The notes: generated by a model not told the origin, from the letters alone. DNA of 64,000 nt from an uncultured candidate division Zixibacteria bacterium (GCA_963735035.1 CAVTJJ010000006.1:32001-96000), one strand, 5' to 3'. Positions 1 to 10,767 are shown, counted from the first letter of the stretch. Translations and numbers: made by a program.

Positions 1-265
1 GAGCGTCGAGCTTCTTGACACCGGCATCGATGATCTTTTTAGCCGGGACAACTGTCTCGAGCTTCGCGTCCTTCACCTTGCCGGATTGTCGCCATTCAGC
101 CAGCTTGGCTTCCAGAAAGTCAATATGGCCCTGCTCTTCTTTGCCCAGGACCGAGAAAACCCGTCGGCCAGTCTCGTCACGGATATTGTCGAGCGAGCCG
201 AGATACAAATCGCGCACCTTGATTTCGTAGTTGATCGCCGTCTTGATGGCTTCTTCGAGAGTCAT
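1..265 (-). CDS. Ferritin-like/rubrerythrin-family diiron protein (runs off window edge)
   Basis: Translated by hand (not in ORF track): MTLEEAIKTAINYEIKVRDLY...LGKEEQGHIDFLE. Has the E..EExxH diiron pattern, GGAGG RBS at 271-275, and lies downstream of the peroxiredoxin. Confidence 0.8.
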   Translation of the reverse strand, partial: MTLEEAIKTAINYEIKVRDLYLGSLDNIRDETGRRVFSVLGKEEQGHIDFLEAKLAEWRQSGKVKDAKLETVVPAKKIIDAGVKKLDA

Positions 266-328
266 TCATTCCTCCGGAACAGTTACAGCTTTGAGTCGGC
301 CGACCAGCGCCGGCCGACTCGATCATTT

Positions 329-916
329 TCAAGCGTGTTGGGCCAAATACTCGGCCACACCGTCGGCGGTCGGCTTCATCGCATCGTCGCCGGAACGCCA
401 GTTGGCCGGACATACGTCGCCGTGTTTCTCGGTGAACTGCAGCGCGTCGAGCATCCGCAACGCTTCATCCACGTTGCGCCCCAGCGGCAGATCATTGATA
501 ACAGCATGGCGGATTATGCCTTCTTTGTCAATGAGGAAAAGGCCGCGCAGCGCCACCGATTCGTTGATGAGCACGCCGTATTCGCGCGCTATACTCTTAG
601 TGAGATCGGCGACCAGCGGGTAGTTGATCTGGCCTATGCCACCGTCTTTCGGTTCGGTATTCTTCCAGGCCCAGTGGGTGAAGTGCGAGTCCACCGATAC
701 GCCTATTATTTCCGCACCCCGCGCATGAAACTCGGGCAGAGCCTTGTTAAAGGCGATAATCTCCGACGGACATACGAACGTGAAATCCAGCGGATAAAAG
801 AATAGAATCACATACTTGTCGCGATAATCGGACAGTTTTAGTTCCACAAACGAGTTGTCCGGCATTACTGCTTGAGCCTTGAAGTCGGGCGCCGGTTTGG
901 TTACTAAGTAAGACAT
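329..916 (-). CDS. ahpC: 2-Cys peroxiredoxin (AhpC/TsaA)
   Basis: [14 protein letters not shown] peroxidatic motif and VCPANW resolving Cys. Confidence 0.95.
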   Translation of the reverse strand: MSYLVTKPAPDFKAQAVMPDNSFVELKLSDYRDKYVILFFYPLDFTFVCPSEIIAFNKALPEFHARGAEIIGVSVDSHFTHWAWKNTEPKDGGIGQINYPLVADLTKSIAREYGVLINESVALRGLFLIDKEGIIRHAVINDLPLGRNVDEALRMLDALQFTEKHGDVCPANWRSGDDAMKPTADGVAEYLAQHA

Positions 917-984
917 GCTATCTCCTGTCTTGTTTCTGGTTATTCACATTAAGCGTTATTTGGCTAATTGTTCAAATTCGAGCT

Positions 985-1386
985 CTAGGACGTTAAGCCC
1001 TCTTTCATCCGGCAGTCCGGACAGATCCCCTCAAACTCAACCGTCGGTTCGCCAAAGAGCCAGCCGGAGGAGTTTGCCACTTCGCCATTGAGTTGGACTC
1101 CAAGCGATCCTGCCACATCGTCTATGCGACCACAGATACGGCAGCGCAGGTGGTAGTGAGTCTCAGTAACTCCATCGAAACGGGATTCTTGTCCTGCTCC
1201 ACCCAGCCTTCGGACATCGCCGGTCTCTGTAAGCAATTCCAGGTTGCGATAGACGGTCCCAAGACTGATGTGTGGCAGTCGGTCGCGCACCGCATCGTAC
1301 AACTCGGCGGCGGTCCGGTGACTCCGCGAGCTACGGATTTCTTCCAGAAGAATCCGTTTCTGAGTTGTGTTGCGGCGAGCGATCAT
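985..1386 (-). CDS. Fur-family transcriptional repressor, PerR-like
   Basis: HRTAAELY, ISLGTVYRNL, HYHLRCRICG and CPDC Zn motifs; directly upstream of ahpC. Confidence 0.9.
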   Translation of the reverse strand: MIARRNTTQKRILLEEIRSSRSHRTAAELYDAVRDRLPHISLGTVYRNLELLTETGDVRRLGGAGQESRFDGVTETHYHLRCRICGRIDDVAGSLGVQLNGEVANSSGWLFGEPTVEFEGICPDCRMKEGLTS

Positions 1387-1406
1387 ATAAGACCAATCTT
1401 GTCCGT

Positions 1407-1428
1407 ATTAGTTATCATTATCACTAAT
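1407..1428. promoter_or_regulatory. Candidate Fur/PerR operator
   Basis: ATTAGTTATCATTATCACTAAT. The minus strand reads GATAATGATAAC (first 11 nt of the Fur box), ~20 nt upstream of the Fur-family start. Confidence 0.6.
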
Positions 1429-1526
1429 CGCTTACAACCGGGAAGGGTGGTTCTGGGTTCCTGAATTCAACGTGAAAACTCACCAATTTCGTATTCGATT
1501 GGCAGGGAAGAGCTTGGCGATAATGG

Positions 1527-1554
1527 TTGACATGTCGACGGGTGGTGTTATAAT
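1527..1554 (+). promoter_or_regulatory. Consensus sigma70 promoter with extended -10
   Basis: TTGACA(1527)-16 nt-TATAAT(1549), with TG at 1546-47. Confidence 0.75.
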
Positions 1555-1849
1555 TGAAGAGTTGGATTTAGACAGACAGAAGTTGTGGTCCACTTGTCCT
1601 CACCGTATGTGGTCTCGTCCATGTTTAAGAAAACTGAAGATATCAAATGACAGGATGCGTCTGCCTGGAGAGTTCTGCTCAGTTGGACCACCTGAAAATG
1701 TCTCGCCGATTTCCCTCCCGGCTCGATCAGGTGAGTGTTGATATTACTGTGTGGTGACACAACCTTGCTAGTGGTTTACATTCTTGCTACCGGTAGGAAT
1801 ACGACCAGTAGTTATCGAAGCGTGAAGCTTCAGCGAAGGATTTTTTCGT

Positions 1850-4267
1850 ATGCCGACGATTCGATTGGTGACATCAGGACAATCCCTGTGGATCGTGTTG
1901 TTCCTTCTGATAATCGCGATCGCTCCCGATCTGGGAGCGCGCGAGGCCGACGTTTTTCTTCAGAGCAATGCTGTTGTGATCGACAAGGCTTCTCCGGTCG
2001 TGGCTCAAAATACGCTCGATTATCTGAGAGGACGTGATTCGGTCACAGCTTCAGTCTGGGTCTTCTTTCGCGATAAAGGTATTCGCACGGCTGCCGCATT
2101 CGATTCGGCCTCGGCTGCGCTATTCATAACGGAACGAGCCGAGAATCGTCGTCGCCACCGAGCTACCGGAGGTCGGCTGTTTGCCGACCTGCCGATTTTT
2201 CAGCGCTACGTCGATAAGATAGTCAACCTGGGAGCCACACACCGGCGCTCGTCCCGATGGCTCAACGCCGCATCTTTCGATCTTCCGATGAATTTGCTTG
2301 AGACAGTGGCTTCATTACCGGAAGTTGCCGAGATCAAGCCGATTGCCGGCTTTCGCCTGCCAGAAGAGATAGAGTCAAATCTGAGGTTAACACCGCCAGA
2401 TCAAGCCCAGTCGGCCGAGGCACTCAACTACGGCCCGTCGCAGACTCAGGACTACCAGATCGGAGTACCGATCGCCCATAATCGGGGTCTGATCGGAAAA
2501 GGGGTCACGCTAACCATGACCGATACCGGGTTTCGCAAGACCCATTCGGCATTTACCAATGCCATTTCCGAGGGGCGAGTGCTAGCTGAGTATGATTTCG
2601 TAATGAACGACGGGAATACATCGCAACAACCCGGCGACCCCTCCAACCAGTGGAGCCACGGTACTCTCACCTGGTCGGTAGCGGGTGGATACTCTTCCGG
2701 ACAAGTCATAGGTCCGGCCTATGGCGCTAACTTCATTCTTTGCAAGACCGAGAACGTAGCCAGCGAAACCCCCATCGAAGAAGACAACTGGGTGGCGGCG
2801 CTTGAATTTGCGGATTCGGTTGGCACCGATGTCATCTCTACTTCGCTCGGCTACTCCGATTGGTACACCTACGCGGACATGAACGGCCAGACTGCGGTCA
2901 TCACTATAGCTGCGAACACTTGCGATGCCCTGGGGATAGTCCTGGCCGTTTCGGCCGGCAACAACGGTTCGCAACCCGGGACCATCTCGGCTCCGGCCGA
3001 CGCTTTCAATGTACTGGCAGTCGGGGCGGTTGACGCCACTGGGCGAATCGCCGCCTTTTCATCACGAGGGCCGACCTATGACGGTCGCATCAAGCCGGAA
3101 ATTTGCGCTATGGGTGTGGATACTTACGGAGCGTCGTCCACCAATGATAACATGTATACCTACGCTTCCGGTACGTCGCTGTCGGCCCCGCTTATAGCCG
3201 GAGCAGCCTGTCTGATGATAGAAGCTCGCCCCGATCTTACTCCAGCTCAAGTTCGACAAGCTTTGCAGGCAACTGCGTCACAGAGTGCCAGCCCTGACAA
3301 CGCTTACGGCTGGGGCGTTGCCGATCTCGGCAAAGCGCTCAACTGGCCGGTGTCATTCGTTTCCGACACAACTCAGGGGCCGGTTCCTCTTGAGGTCAAC
3401 TTAACCAACCAGTCATGGCTTTCGGCTGTCAGTCAGACCTGGGATTTTGGTGACGGCACGACTTCAGATGCCGTCGCAGGACATCATGTTTACAGCAGTC
3501 CCGGCCTTTACAACGTATCCTTGACCATTAGCACCGACGAGGGCCCGTTTACGGGTACGATAAGCGGCATGATTCGCACCCATTCCGATACCCTCTCGGT
3601 AGGTGAGGTGGCGTCGGACCCCGGATCTAAAGTGCGGGTCGATGTCTACGCGCGAAACTTTCTTCCCATCGAGATGATCGAAATCCCTTTTTCGTGGGAT
3701 GGCACGCTCGATATCACATATGATTCGTTTTCGACCGCCGGCCTAAGAACTTCCTATTTCTCCAGCCAAAGTCTGATAAGCCTGGTGTTGTCTCAGAAGC
3801 GGGCGACTCTGCTCCTAAGGACTTCCGGTTCTGTGTCGCAGCCGAGCCTGGAGCCGGGGAGTGGCCCGGTAATCAGTCTGTACTTTACCGTTCCGTATGG
3901 CCCCACTACCGGATCGAATCCGATCAGTCTCGAAAGCTACGGCTCTTACAGTCCGCAATTCAAGTCCGGTGGATACAGCTATAATCCGAGCGCCTTCCCG
4001 GGTCTTATTCGTATGGGCTGTTGCCTCGGTCAGGTCGGAGATGTAAACGGCGTGGATGGGGATGAACCGACCCTGGCCGATATTACCATGCTGATTGATC
4101 ATCTGTTCATCAGCGGCATTGCGCTGCCCTGTGTGACCGAAGCTGATGCTAATCAGTCGGGGGGTCTGACGCCCGTGCTCAACGACATTTCTCTGGGGGA
4201 CGTTTTCGTGTTAATCGACTACCTGTTTATTTCGGGTGGAACCGTGCCCCTTCCACGTTGTCTTTGA
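1850..4267 (+). CDS. Secreted S8 subtilase + PKD + cohesin-like + C-terminal dockerin-like domain
   Basis: Signal peptide; DTG, HGT and GTSLSAP catalytic motifs; PKD WDFGDG; cohesin-like ~3587-4018; CC..GDVNG..ADANQSGG..CL tail from 4019. Confidence 0.9.
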   Translation: MPTIRLVTSGQSLWIVLFLLIIAIAPDLGAREADVFLQSNAVVIDKASPVVAQNTLDYLRGRDSVTASVWVFFRDKGIRTAAAFDSASAALFITERAENRRRHRATGGRLFADLPIFQRYVDKIVNLGATHRRSSRWLNAASFDLPMNLLETVASLPEVAEIKPIAGFRLPEEIESNLRLTPPDQAQSAEALNYGPSQTQDYQIGVPIAHNRGLIGKGVTLTMTDTGFRKTHSAFTNAISEGRVLAEYDFVMNDGNTSQQPGDPSNQWSHGTLTWSVAGGYSSGQVIGPAYGANFILCKTENVASETPIEEDNWVAALEFADSVGTDVISTSLGYSDWYTYADMNGQTAVITIAANTCDALGIVLAVSAGNNGSQPGTISAPADAFNVLAVGAVDATGRIAAFSSRGPTYDGRIKPEICAMGVDTYGASSTNDNMYTYASGTSLSAPLIAGAACLMIEARPDLTPAQVRQALQATASQSASPDNAYGWGVADLGKALNWPVSFVSDTTQGPVPLEVNLTNQSWLSAVSQTWDFGDGTTSDAVAGHHVYSSPGLYNVSLTISTDEGPFTGTISGMIRTHSDTLSVGEVASDPGSKVRVDVYARNFLPIEMIEIPFSWDGTLDITYDSFSTAGLRTSYFSSQSLISLVLSQKRATLLLRTSGSVSQPSLEPGSGPVISLYFTVPYGPTTGSNPISLESYGSYSPQFKSGGYSYNPSAFPGLIRMGCCLGQVGDVNGVDGDEPTLADITMLIDHLFISGIALPCVTEADANQSGGLTPVLNDISLGDVFVLIDYLFISGGTVPLPRCL

Positions 4268-4361
4268 TGTGATGAGTTGATGATAGTGACGCAACCATAG
4301 TACGAACCTTGCCACCGACCCACCGGACCAGACTAACGGTGTGGCGCCGGAGGTTGGCATC

Positions 4362-6668
4362 ATGAAGAACGGTTGGACAACGCATAGTAGGTTTCTTATC
4401 TCGTTAGCGATTTTAGTATCGGCTTGGTCAGTTGTATCGGCCGCCGATGTTCCTCTGGGGACCATGCCTGTCTGGACTACCTCGGAACAAAACGTCGTCT
4501 CCACCGGGATGATCTGGCGCGACTGCAACCGTGACGGCATCATCGATGTCTTCTACTCCAACGGCAATGATATAGCCCGTGCGGCGAACACCGTCTATTT
4601 GTCCAACTCAGGCGGGCTGCCCGCTTCGGCGTCCTGGTCTTCGGCCAATCGAGAATATTCCGGCCACTGCGCGGTGGGGGATATCAACGACGATGGCTTT
4701 CCCGATTTCGTCGTGGCGAACTACCTGGGAACTGGTTTTAGCGATCCCAACCGGAGCGATCTATACATTAACCAGGGGGGACTGCCAGGCACTGCTCCGG
4801 CCTGGTACACACCTGACGAATTCTACTCGTTTTCCTGTGCGCTGGGTGATGTCGACAACGATGGCGATCTGGATGTGGTCTTCGGCACCGGCGAAGGGTA
4901 TTATGCCCACTATCAGCAGAATATAATCTATCGCAATGACAACGGGGCGTTCTCCAACACGGCGCTATGGAGATCTGCCGGTAGTAATGCGGCCGTGGAC
5001 GTGACCTGGGGAGATGTCGATCGCGATGGTGATCTTGACCTGGCCTTTACCGGGGACGCCGCTGCCACCTGTGTCTACTACAACAATAATGGCGTGATTG
5101 AAACCAGTCCGTCGTGGCAGGCTTCCACGAATGAATCCGGGAACACCCTCGTTTTCGGAGATATCAACGGGGACGGCTGGCTGGATCTGGTCGTGGCGTA
5201 TAACAACCAGCTCGACGGTCAGGGGCGTTTCCGCGTATATTTCAACAATGGTGATGGGACACTCAATCCCAATTTTGGCTGGCAGTCGGCGACCGGTGGT
5301 TACGGCTCGGCTTTGGCCCTCTACGATTATGACAACGACGGCGACGATGATCTGGCCGCCGGACGTTGGTTCGAAAGACTCTGGATCTACGAGAACCTCG
5401 GCACGACTCTGACCACCACGCCGGTATGGACCTCGGCTATAGAGATGGTGGCCGAAGAACTCGCCTGGGTGGACATCGACGGTTCAAGTCTGCTTCAACT
5501 GGCCGATACGCTTGTCGGCGACGGCTCCCGCAAACTGTTCTATACTCGCCATCATCCGTTGTATGAGATCGATTCGGTTGTGGTCGATGGCGTGACTCTG
5601 GGATTCAGCGGCTATTGCTATGATCTGGTGTCCGGCTGGCTCTCGTTAGCAGTGGCTCCGACTGAACAGGCGATTTGTTACTACCGCTATTCATTCGCAA
5701 ATGATCTGGCGGTTTGCAACTGGGATACGGTCAACATGGTTTTCCCCAACACAACGCTCCCCTTGGTGAATATTTTCGCTCAAAACAATTTTGGTCCCGT
5801 GCCTCTTGCGGTGCAATTCTCAGACAGCTCATTGAATGCCACCGCGTGGGAGTGGGATTTCGGGGACGGCTTCGGTTCTGTGGAACGTAACCCGATTCAC
5901 GTTTACGAGGAGCCGGGATACCACGACGTTGCTGTTTCAGTCACCACTCCTGAACGGATGCTCCAGCGTACCATCCGTGGCATGGTGCTGGCCTATGCCG
6001 ACACACTCCAGATGCAGCCGGGTGAGCTAGTCGGTCAAAGGGCCCGAGTTGACGTCCGGCTACACAACACGCTGCCATTAAGCGAGATTATCATTCCGTT
6101 TACCTGGGCGGGAAATTTCAATCTGCAGTTCGACTCGATTTCGGTCGCCGGTCTCAGCACCGATTACTTCGATTATCATGCGCTTATCAGCCTGGTCTTG
6201 AGCACGAAATCCGCTACGGTCCGACTAGCGTCCGGCACCAAAGTGCCACTCGCGCCCGGCAACGAGCCTGTGGTCTCGCTTTACTTCACCGACCTGGGTG
6301 CCGAGTCTGCTGGTAGCAGTCCCATAGCGTTCACGGCGTACGGAGCCTACGCTCTTCAGCTGACAACCTACGCCGGCGCCTACAACCCCGAAGCGACCAA
6401 CGGTGTCGTTTTTGTGGATTGCTGTGTCGGTCGAGTCGGCGACGCCAACGGAATTGCCGGTGATGAACCGACCTTAGGCGACGTTATGGTCATGATAGAC
6501 ATGTTGTTTGTGTCTGACACTCCGGTGCCGTGCATGGCCGAATCCGATATCAATCAATCGGGAGGAGTGTACCCGTCTCGCTACGACGTGACGATCGGCG
6601 ACATTACCATGTTGATCGATTACCTCTTCATTACCGGGCCGAGCGTTGGCCTCAACGACTGCCTCTAA
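4362..6668 (+). CDS. Secreted FG-GAP/VCBS-repeat protein + PKD + cohesin-like + dockerin-like
   Basis: About 7 GDxDxDGxxD repeats; WEWDFGDG; tail homologous to both neighbours; ATG 4362 follows GGAGG. Confidence 0.88.
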   Translation: MKNGWTTHSRFLISLAILVSAWSVVSAADVPLGTMPVWTTSEQNVVSTGMIWRDCNRDGIIDVFYSNGNDIARAANTVYLSNSGGLPASASWSSANREYSGHCAVGDINDDGFPDFVVANYLGTGFSDPNRSDLYINQGGLPGTAPAWYTPDEFYSFSCALGDVDNDGDLDVVFGTGEGYYAHYQQNIIYRNDNGAFSNTALWRSAGSNAAVDVTWGDVDRDGDLDLAFTGDAAATCVYYNNNGVIETSPSWQASTNESGNTLVFGDINGDGWLDLVVAYNNQLDGQGRFRVYFNNGDGTLNPNFGWQSATGGYGSALALYDYDNDGDDDLAAGRWFERLWIYENLGTTLTTTPVWTSAIEMVAEELAWVDIDGSSLLQLADTLVGDGSRKLFYTRHHPLYEIDSVVVDGVTLGFSGYCYDLVSGWLSLAVAPTEQAICYYRYSFANDLAVCNWDTVNMVFPNTTLPLVNIFAQNNFGPVPLAVQFSDSSLNATAWEWDFGDGFGSVERNPIHVYEEPGYHDVAVSVTTPERMLQRTIRGMVLAYADTLQMQPGELVGQRARVDVRLHNTLPLSEIIIPFTWAGNFNLQFDSISVAGLSTDYFDYHALISLVLSTKSATVRLASGTKVPLAPGNEPVVSLYFTDLGAESAGSSPIAFTAYGAYALQLTTYAGAYNPEATNGVVFVDCCVGRVGDANGIAGDEPTLGDVMVMIDMLFVSDTPVPCMAESDINQSGGVYPSRYDVTIGDITMLIDYLFITGPSVGLNDCL

Positions 6669-6704
6669 CGAAACTTCAACCAGTCGTTCACTGTTTATTC
6701 AATA

Positions 6705-6735
6705 TTGACAGAGAGAGCGAAAAGCCTTATCTTTG
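6705..6735 (+). promoter_or_regulatory. sigma70-type promoter
   Basis: TTGACA-17 nt-TATCTT(TG). Confidence 0.6.
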
Positions 6736-6815
6736 CATAGGCTAAGTATAGTTCCAACAAAGAGTTGTTCGCGATTTCCTCACGATTGCTACGACCGAAT
6801 AGAAAAGGCTTACCC

Positions 6816-8654
6816 TTGAAGACAGTGACGTCTATCCGTTTGATTCTCACTTTCGCCACAGTGTTGATTCTGTCATCTGCCGCTTTCAGTCAGATCGGTC
6901 GGGTTGCTATCTCCGACATGCAGGATCAGATTGAAAGAAGCGGCGGGACTTTCACGGTTTCTGAAAACGAAGCCACCAAGTATCCGCTTGAACAAATTTG
7001 CGGTATGAAAGAACCGGCCGACTGGAAGTCGGGTGCGAATTTCAAGTCAATACCTTCAATTGCCGCGTCATCACTGCCGTCGGCCTTTGACTGGCGGACA
7101 GCGGCAGGTGCTCCTCCGATCAGGAATCAGGGAGGATGTGGCAGTTGCTGGGCGTTTGCCACGGTCGGCGCGCTTGAGTGTGCGATCAGAATTCGCGAGG
7201 GTCAATCGGTCAATTTGTCCGAACAATGGTTGCTGAGTTGTAATCTCAATGGTTGGGACTGCGACGGTGGATGGTATGCCCATTCGTATCACGGCCTGGT
7301 AAACGACGCCTGCGGCGGCACCGGCGCAGTGCTTGAAACGGACTTCCCGTATGTCGGCCGTGTGACCGCGTGTAATTGTCCTTACCCGCATCACTATAAC
7401 ATTAAGACCTGGGCGTACATAGGCGATGGCGGCTCGGTGGCCGGCATTGAACAGATGAAGCAGGCTATAATGGAATACGGCCCTATCTCGGTGTCAATCG
7501 CCGCCAATAGCTACTTCCAGGGTTACCATAGTGGCGTATTCAACATGTGCACCAACGATCCCATCAACCACGCGGTCGTACTGATGGGGTGGGACGATTC
7601 TCAGGGCACCGACGGCGTGTGGATTTTGCGCAACTCGTGGGGTACCTCCTGGGGCGAAAGCGGCTACATGAAGATTGCCTACGGCTGCTGCCAGGTAGGG
7701 TACGCCGCATGCTACATCGACTATCGTCCGGTTGAAGTTTCCGTCACGAATGATTTTGGTCCGGCGCCTCTGACCGCTTCATTCCAGTCGAACACGCCCG
7801 GCGAAACGGTCATCGGCTGCACCTGGGATTTCGGCGACGGGGAAACGTCGACCGAAATGAATCCGATTCATCTGTACGATCAACCCGGCTGCTTCACTGT
7901 CAAGTTGACGGTCAATACCGCTTCCGGCAATCTGGTCAAGATTTGCCCCAACCTGGTCTCGGCCTACGCCGACACACTGGCCGGGGCGGCGGTTCACCTG
8001 TTGTCGGGCGGACCGGTGCGTTTGGACGTGGCAGCGCGTAATTACCTGACTCTTAACAAGATGATTATCCCATTCAGCTGGAGCGGTTCCTGGAACCTCA
8101 GGTATGATTCGTTCTCAGTAGCTTCAGCCCGAACCTCATACTTTGATCAGGCCTCATTGCTTTCCATGGATGTCTCCAATAAGCGTGCGACGATTATTCT
8201 CTCCGCTGGCAGTCAGGCTCCCCTGGCCGCGGGCGAAGGGACCGTGCTTTCGCTTTGGTTCACGGCCCCGGCCAGTCCGGCGGGTATGAATACCGTGCCG
8301 TTTACAGACTATGCTTCTTACTCGCCGGAATTTACCAGCAGCAGTCTTACCTACCGACCCAGTTTGACAAACGGGTATTTCTATACCGATGTCGCGGTCA
8401 GTTGCTGCAATGGTCGGGTGGGCGATGCCAACGGTATTGGCGGCGATGAACCAACGATCGGCGACGTCTCCGCGCTTATAGACGCCAAGTTCATTTCTGG
8501 AAGCTGTACCGGCATCTTGTCTTGTCTTCCGGAAGCCGACGTCAACCAGTCGGGCGGAACAAATCCAACGTGTGATGATATTACGATTGGAGATATTTCA
8601 GTACTGATCGACAACTTGTTCATCACCGCAAAGCCGCTGCCTAATTGTCTCTGA
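6816..8654 (+). CDS. Secreted papain-family (C1A) cysteine peptidase + PKD + cohesin-like + dockerin-like
   Basis: QGGCGSCWAF, NHAV and NSWG motifs; WDFGDG; dockerin-like from 8403. Start uncertain (TTG 6816 or 6765). Confidence 0.9.
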   Translation: MKTVTSIRLILTFATVLILSSAAFSQIGRVAISDMQDQIERSGGTFTVSENEATKYPLEQICGMKEPADWKSGANFKSIPSIAASSLPSAFDWRTAAGAPPIRNQGGCGSCWAFATVGALECAIRIREGQSVNLSEQWLLSCNLNGWDCDGGWYAHSYHGLVNDACGGTGAVLETDFPYVGRVTACNCPYPHHYNIKTWAYIGDGGSVAGIEQMKQAIMEYGPISVSIAANSYFQGYHSGVFNMCTNDPINHAVVLMGWDDSQGTDGVWILRNSWGTSWGESGYMKIAYGCCQVGYAACYIDYRPVEVSVTNDFGPAPLTASFQSNTPGETVIGCTWDFGDGETSTEMNPIHLYDQPGCFTVKLTVNTASGNLVKICPNLVSAYADTLAGAAVHLLSGGPVRLDVAARNYLTLNKMIIPFSWSGSWNLRYDSFSVASARTSYFDQASLLSMDVSNKRATIILSAGSQAPLAAGEGTVLSLWFTAPASPAGMNTVPFTDYASYSPEFTSSSLTYRPSLTNGYFYTDVAVSCCNGRVGDANGIGGDEPTIGDVSALIDAKFISGSCTGILSCLPEADVNQSGGTNPTCDDITIGDISVLIDNLFITAKPLPNCL

Positions 8655-8670
8655 TGTCGCGGTTGCCGAC

Positions 8671-9801
8671 TCAGGCCAGATCTGCCAGAAGCTTCTCCCA
8701 CGCTTCGCACTGTTGAACGTGCGAGAACTTGGTCATCGCATCTTCACGGGCGAATTTCCCCATCCGTCGGGCCGATTCAGGATCGTCTAAGAACGTTCTA
8801 ATGGCCGTAACCAGTTGTCCGACGTGGCGCGGTTGTACGAGCAGGCCGTTTTGTCCGGGCAGTATCAGGTCGATGGTGCCCCCGTCTCTGGTTCCAATAA
8901 CCGGCAATCCGGACAGCAGCGCTTCCAGCGTCACCATGCCGTAGCATTCCGACTTCGAAGTCATCAGGTAGACGTCCAGCGCGGCGTAGATCCATTCGAT
9001 GTCCTCGCGAAAGGGAAGGAAATGAACCTGGTCCACCAGACGATGGACGACCACCAACTGGCGTACATGGGCGTCGAATTCGTCCCCTTCGTTGTGGCTC
9101 TGATCCCCGACCAGGAGCAGATGTGGACGATACCCCAGTCGACCGAGTTGCGCCAGGGCCTCAATCGCGATGTCCTGGCCCTTCTTTGGGTCGATCCGTC
9201 CGACCACTCCAAGGACCACTTGATCGGTCGGCAATCCAAGACGCTGTCGAGCCTCTGCGCGCGACGGGCGCAATGAAGTAAATGTGTCGATTTCCACTCC
9301 CCGCGGCAGAATGTGCAGCCGCTCCGGGGGGAGGGTGGTCTTTTCAAGAACCCGGTCGGCGAGCCATTTCAGAGGCGTCTCCATAGCGTCGATGCGGCGA
9401 TACAGCCAGGAATGATAGGGGTCTTTCTTGTCCTTCCCGATGTGCATATTCTGCGAATAGATTAAGCGCAGGCGACCGCGCGAAAAGAGCCGGGCAAACA
9501 CCCCCATGAAGATATCGGGACTGCGATGCACCACCAGCCAGCGGGCACCGTCGCGGCGGGCGAGTCGCGACAGACGCCAGGCGTTTACAAGGTCGCCGGA
9601 GCGAAGGCGCGTAGTTACCGGCGCCGTTCTGATACCGGACCGAGAGACTTCCTGATACAGTCGAGTGTTGGGATCGCCGTAGAAGACGAGATTCCAACTG
9701 CGCTGTTTCATCCATTGAAGGAACCGCAGGACGTTCATTTCCAGCCCGCCCCAGGCGGGCGACGAACAATAAGAGGCGAGGGTATAGTTCTTGTGGTTCA
9801 T
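8671..9801 (-). CDS. Glycosyltransferase family 4 (GT-B)
   Basis: WGGLE N-terminal motif, VGRIDPKKG, ECYGMVTLEA; probable start at MNHKNY. Confidence 0.9.
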   Translation of the reverse strand: MNHKNYTLASYCSSPAWGGLEMNVLRFLQWMKQRSWNLVFYGDPNTRLYQEVSRSGIRTAPVTTRLRSGDLVNAWRLSRLARRDGARWLVVHRSPDIFMGVFARLFSRGRLRLIYSQNMHIGKDKKDPYHSWLYRRIDAMETPLKWLADRVLEKTTLPPERLHILPRGVEIDTFTSLRPSRAEARQRLGLPTDQVVLGVVGRIDPKKGQDIAIEALAQLGRLGYRPHLLLVGDQSHNEGDEFDAHVRQLVVVHRLVDQVHFLPFREDIEWIYAALDVYLMTSKSECYGMVTLEALLSGLPVIGTRDGGTIDLILPGQNGLLVQPRHVGQLVTAIRTFLDDPESARRMGKFAREDAMTKFSHVQQCEAWEKLLADLA

Positions 9802-9986
9802 CGGTTTGGCAATATACGCCCGGCTCTTTCCGGACTCAACTCTTTGTTTGGTCGGGCGTTCGGGGTTAATTGGAGCCATGATATCTATTTTAGGGGAACA
9901 TTTTTCGGCCGGGACGTTTATGAATCTGTGAAAGATTGAATTACGGCTCGACCGTACAAGTCGGCCGATGAAATGGAGAAACTGAT

Positions 9987-10592
9987 ATGTCACACACTTT
10001 GCCTAAATTGCCGTACGCGTATGACGCGCTAGAACCGTACTTCGATGCCAAGACCATGGAAATTCATCACTCCAAGCATCATCAGACCTACATCACCAAG
10101 CTGGACGCCGCGTTGCAGGGCCATCCGGGTCTGGAATCCAAATCGGCCGAGGCGTTGATCTCGGATCTAAGTTCAATTCCGGAGAATATCAGGACCGCGG
10201 TGCGCAACCACGGCGGTGGGACCGCCAATCACAATTTGTTCTGGGACATTCTGGCTAAGGGGACTACCTTCACCGGGCCGGCCGCCGATGCCATCAAGAA
10301 TCAATTTGGCGGGTTCGAACAATTCAAGCAGCAGTTTTCGACCGCTGCCGTCAACGTGTTCGGAAGCGGCTGGACCTGGCTGGTCTGGTCGAACGGCAAG
10401 CTCGAGATTGTCTCGACACCCAATCAGGATTCCCCGTTATCGGCGGGCAAGACCCCCATAGTCGGGCTGGATGTCTGGGAACACGCTTACTATCTCAAGT
10501 ACCAAAACCGCCGTCCGGAGTACATCGAAGCCTTCTTTAATGTCCTTAACTGGGACAAGGTCAACGATTTGTACCTTCTGGCATACAACTAA
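9987..10592 (+). CDS. sodA: Fe/Mn superoxide dismutase
   Basis: [29 protein letters not shown] suggests Mn-type. Confidence 0.95.
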   Translation: MSHTLPKLPYAYDALEPYFDAKTMEIHHSKHHQTYITKLDAALQGHPGLESKSAEALISDLSSIPENIRTAVRNHGGGTANHNLFWDILAKGTTFTGPAADAIKNQFGGFEQFKQQFSTAAVNVFGSGWTWLVWSNGKLEIVSTPNQDSPLSAGKTPIVGLDVWEHAYYLKYQNRRPEYIEAFFNVLNWDKVNDLYLLAYN

Positions 10593-10617
10593 GCCCCGGT
10601 CCAGGGCGTGGGGTAAC

Positions 10618-10654
10618 GGGGTTGCCGAGTCGGTCGGCAGCCCCATTTTGTTTT
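10618..10654 (+). terminator. Intrinsic terminator after sod
   Basis: GGGGTTGCCGA/TCGGCAGCCCC hairpin followed by a T-rich tail. Confidence 0.75.
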
Positions 10655-10767
10655 CCGACCGTCTGCCTGAAGCGAAGTCGATACGTCCAGGAACAGGCGG
10701 TCGGGCTCATGAAGCGTGTCTCTTCTGACGATATTTTGATTAAGTTCAGGTAATCAGGGACAGTCGT

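Noticed and set aside
86..805. Long antisense ORFs (also 20363-21232, 55458-56228, 61554-62399)
   Set aside because: Shadow frames opposite well-supported genes in GC-rich coding DNA.
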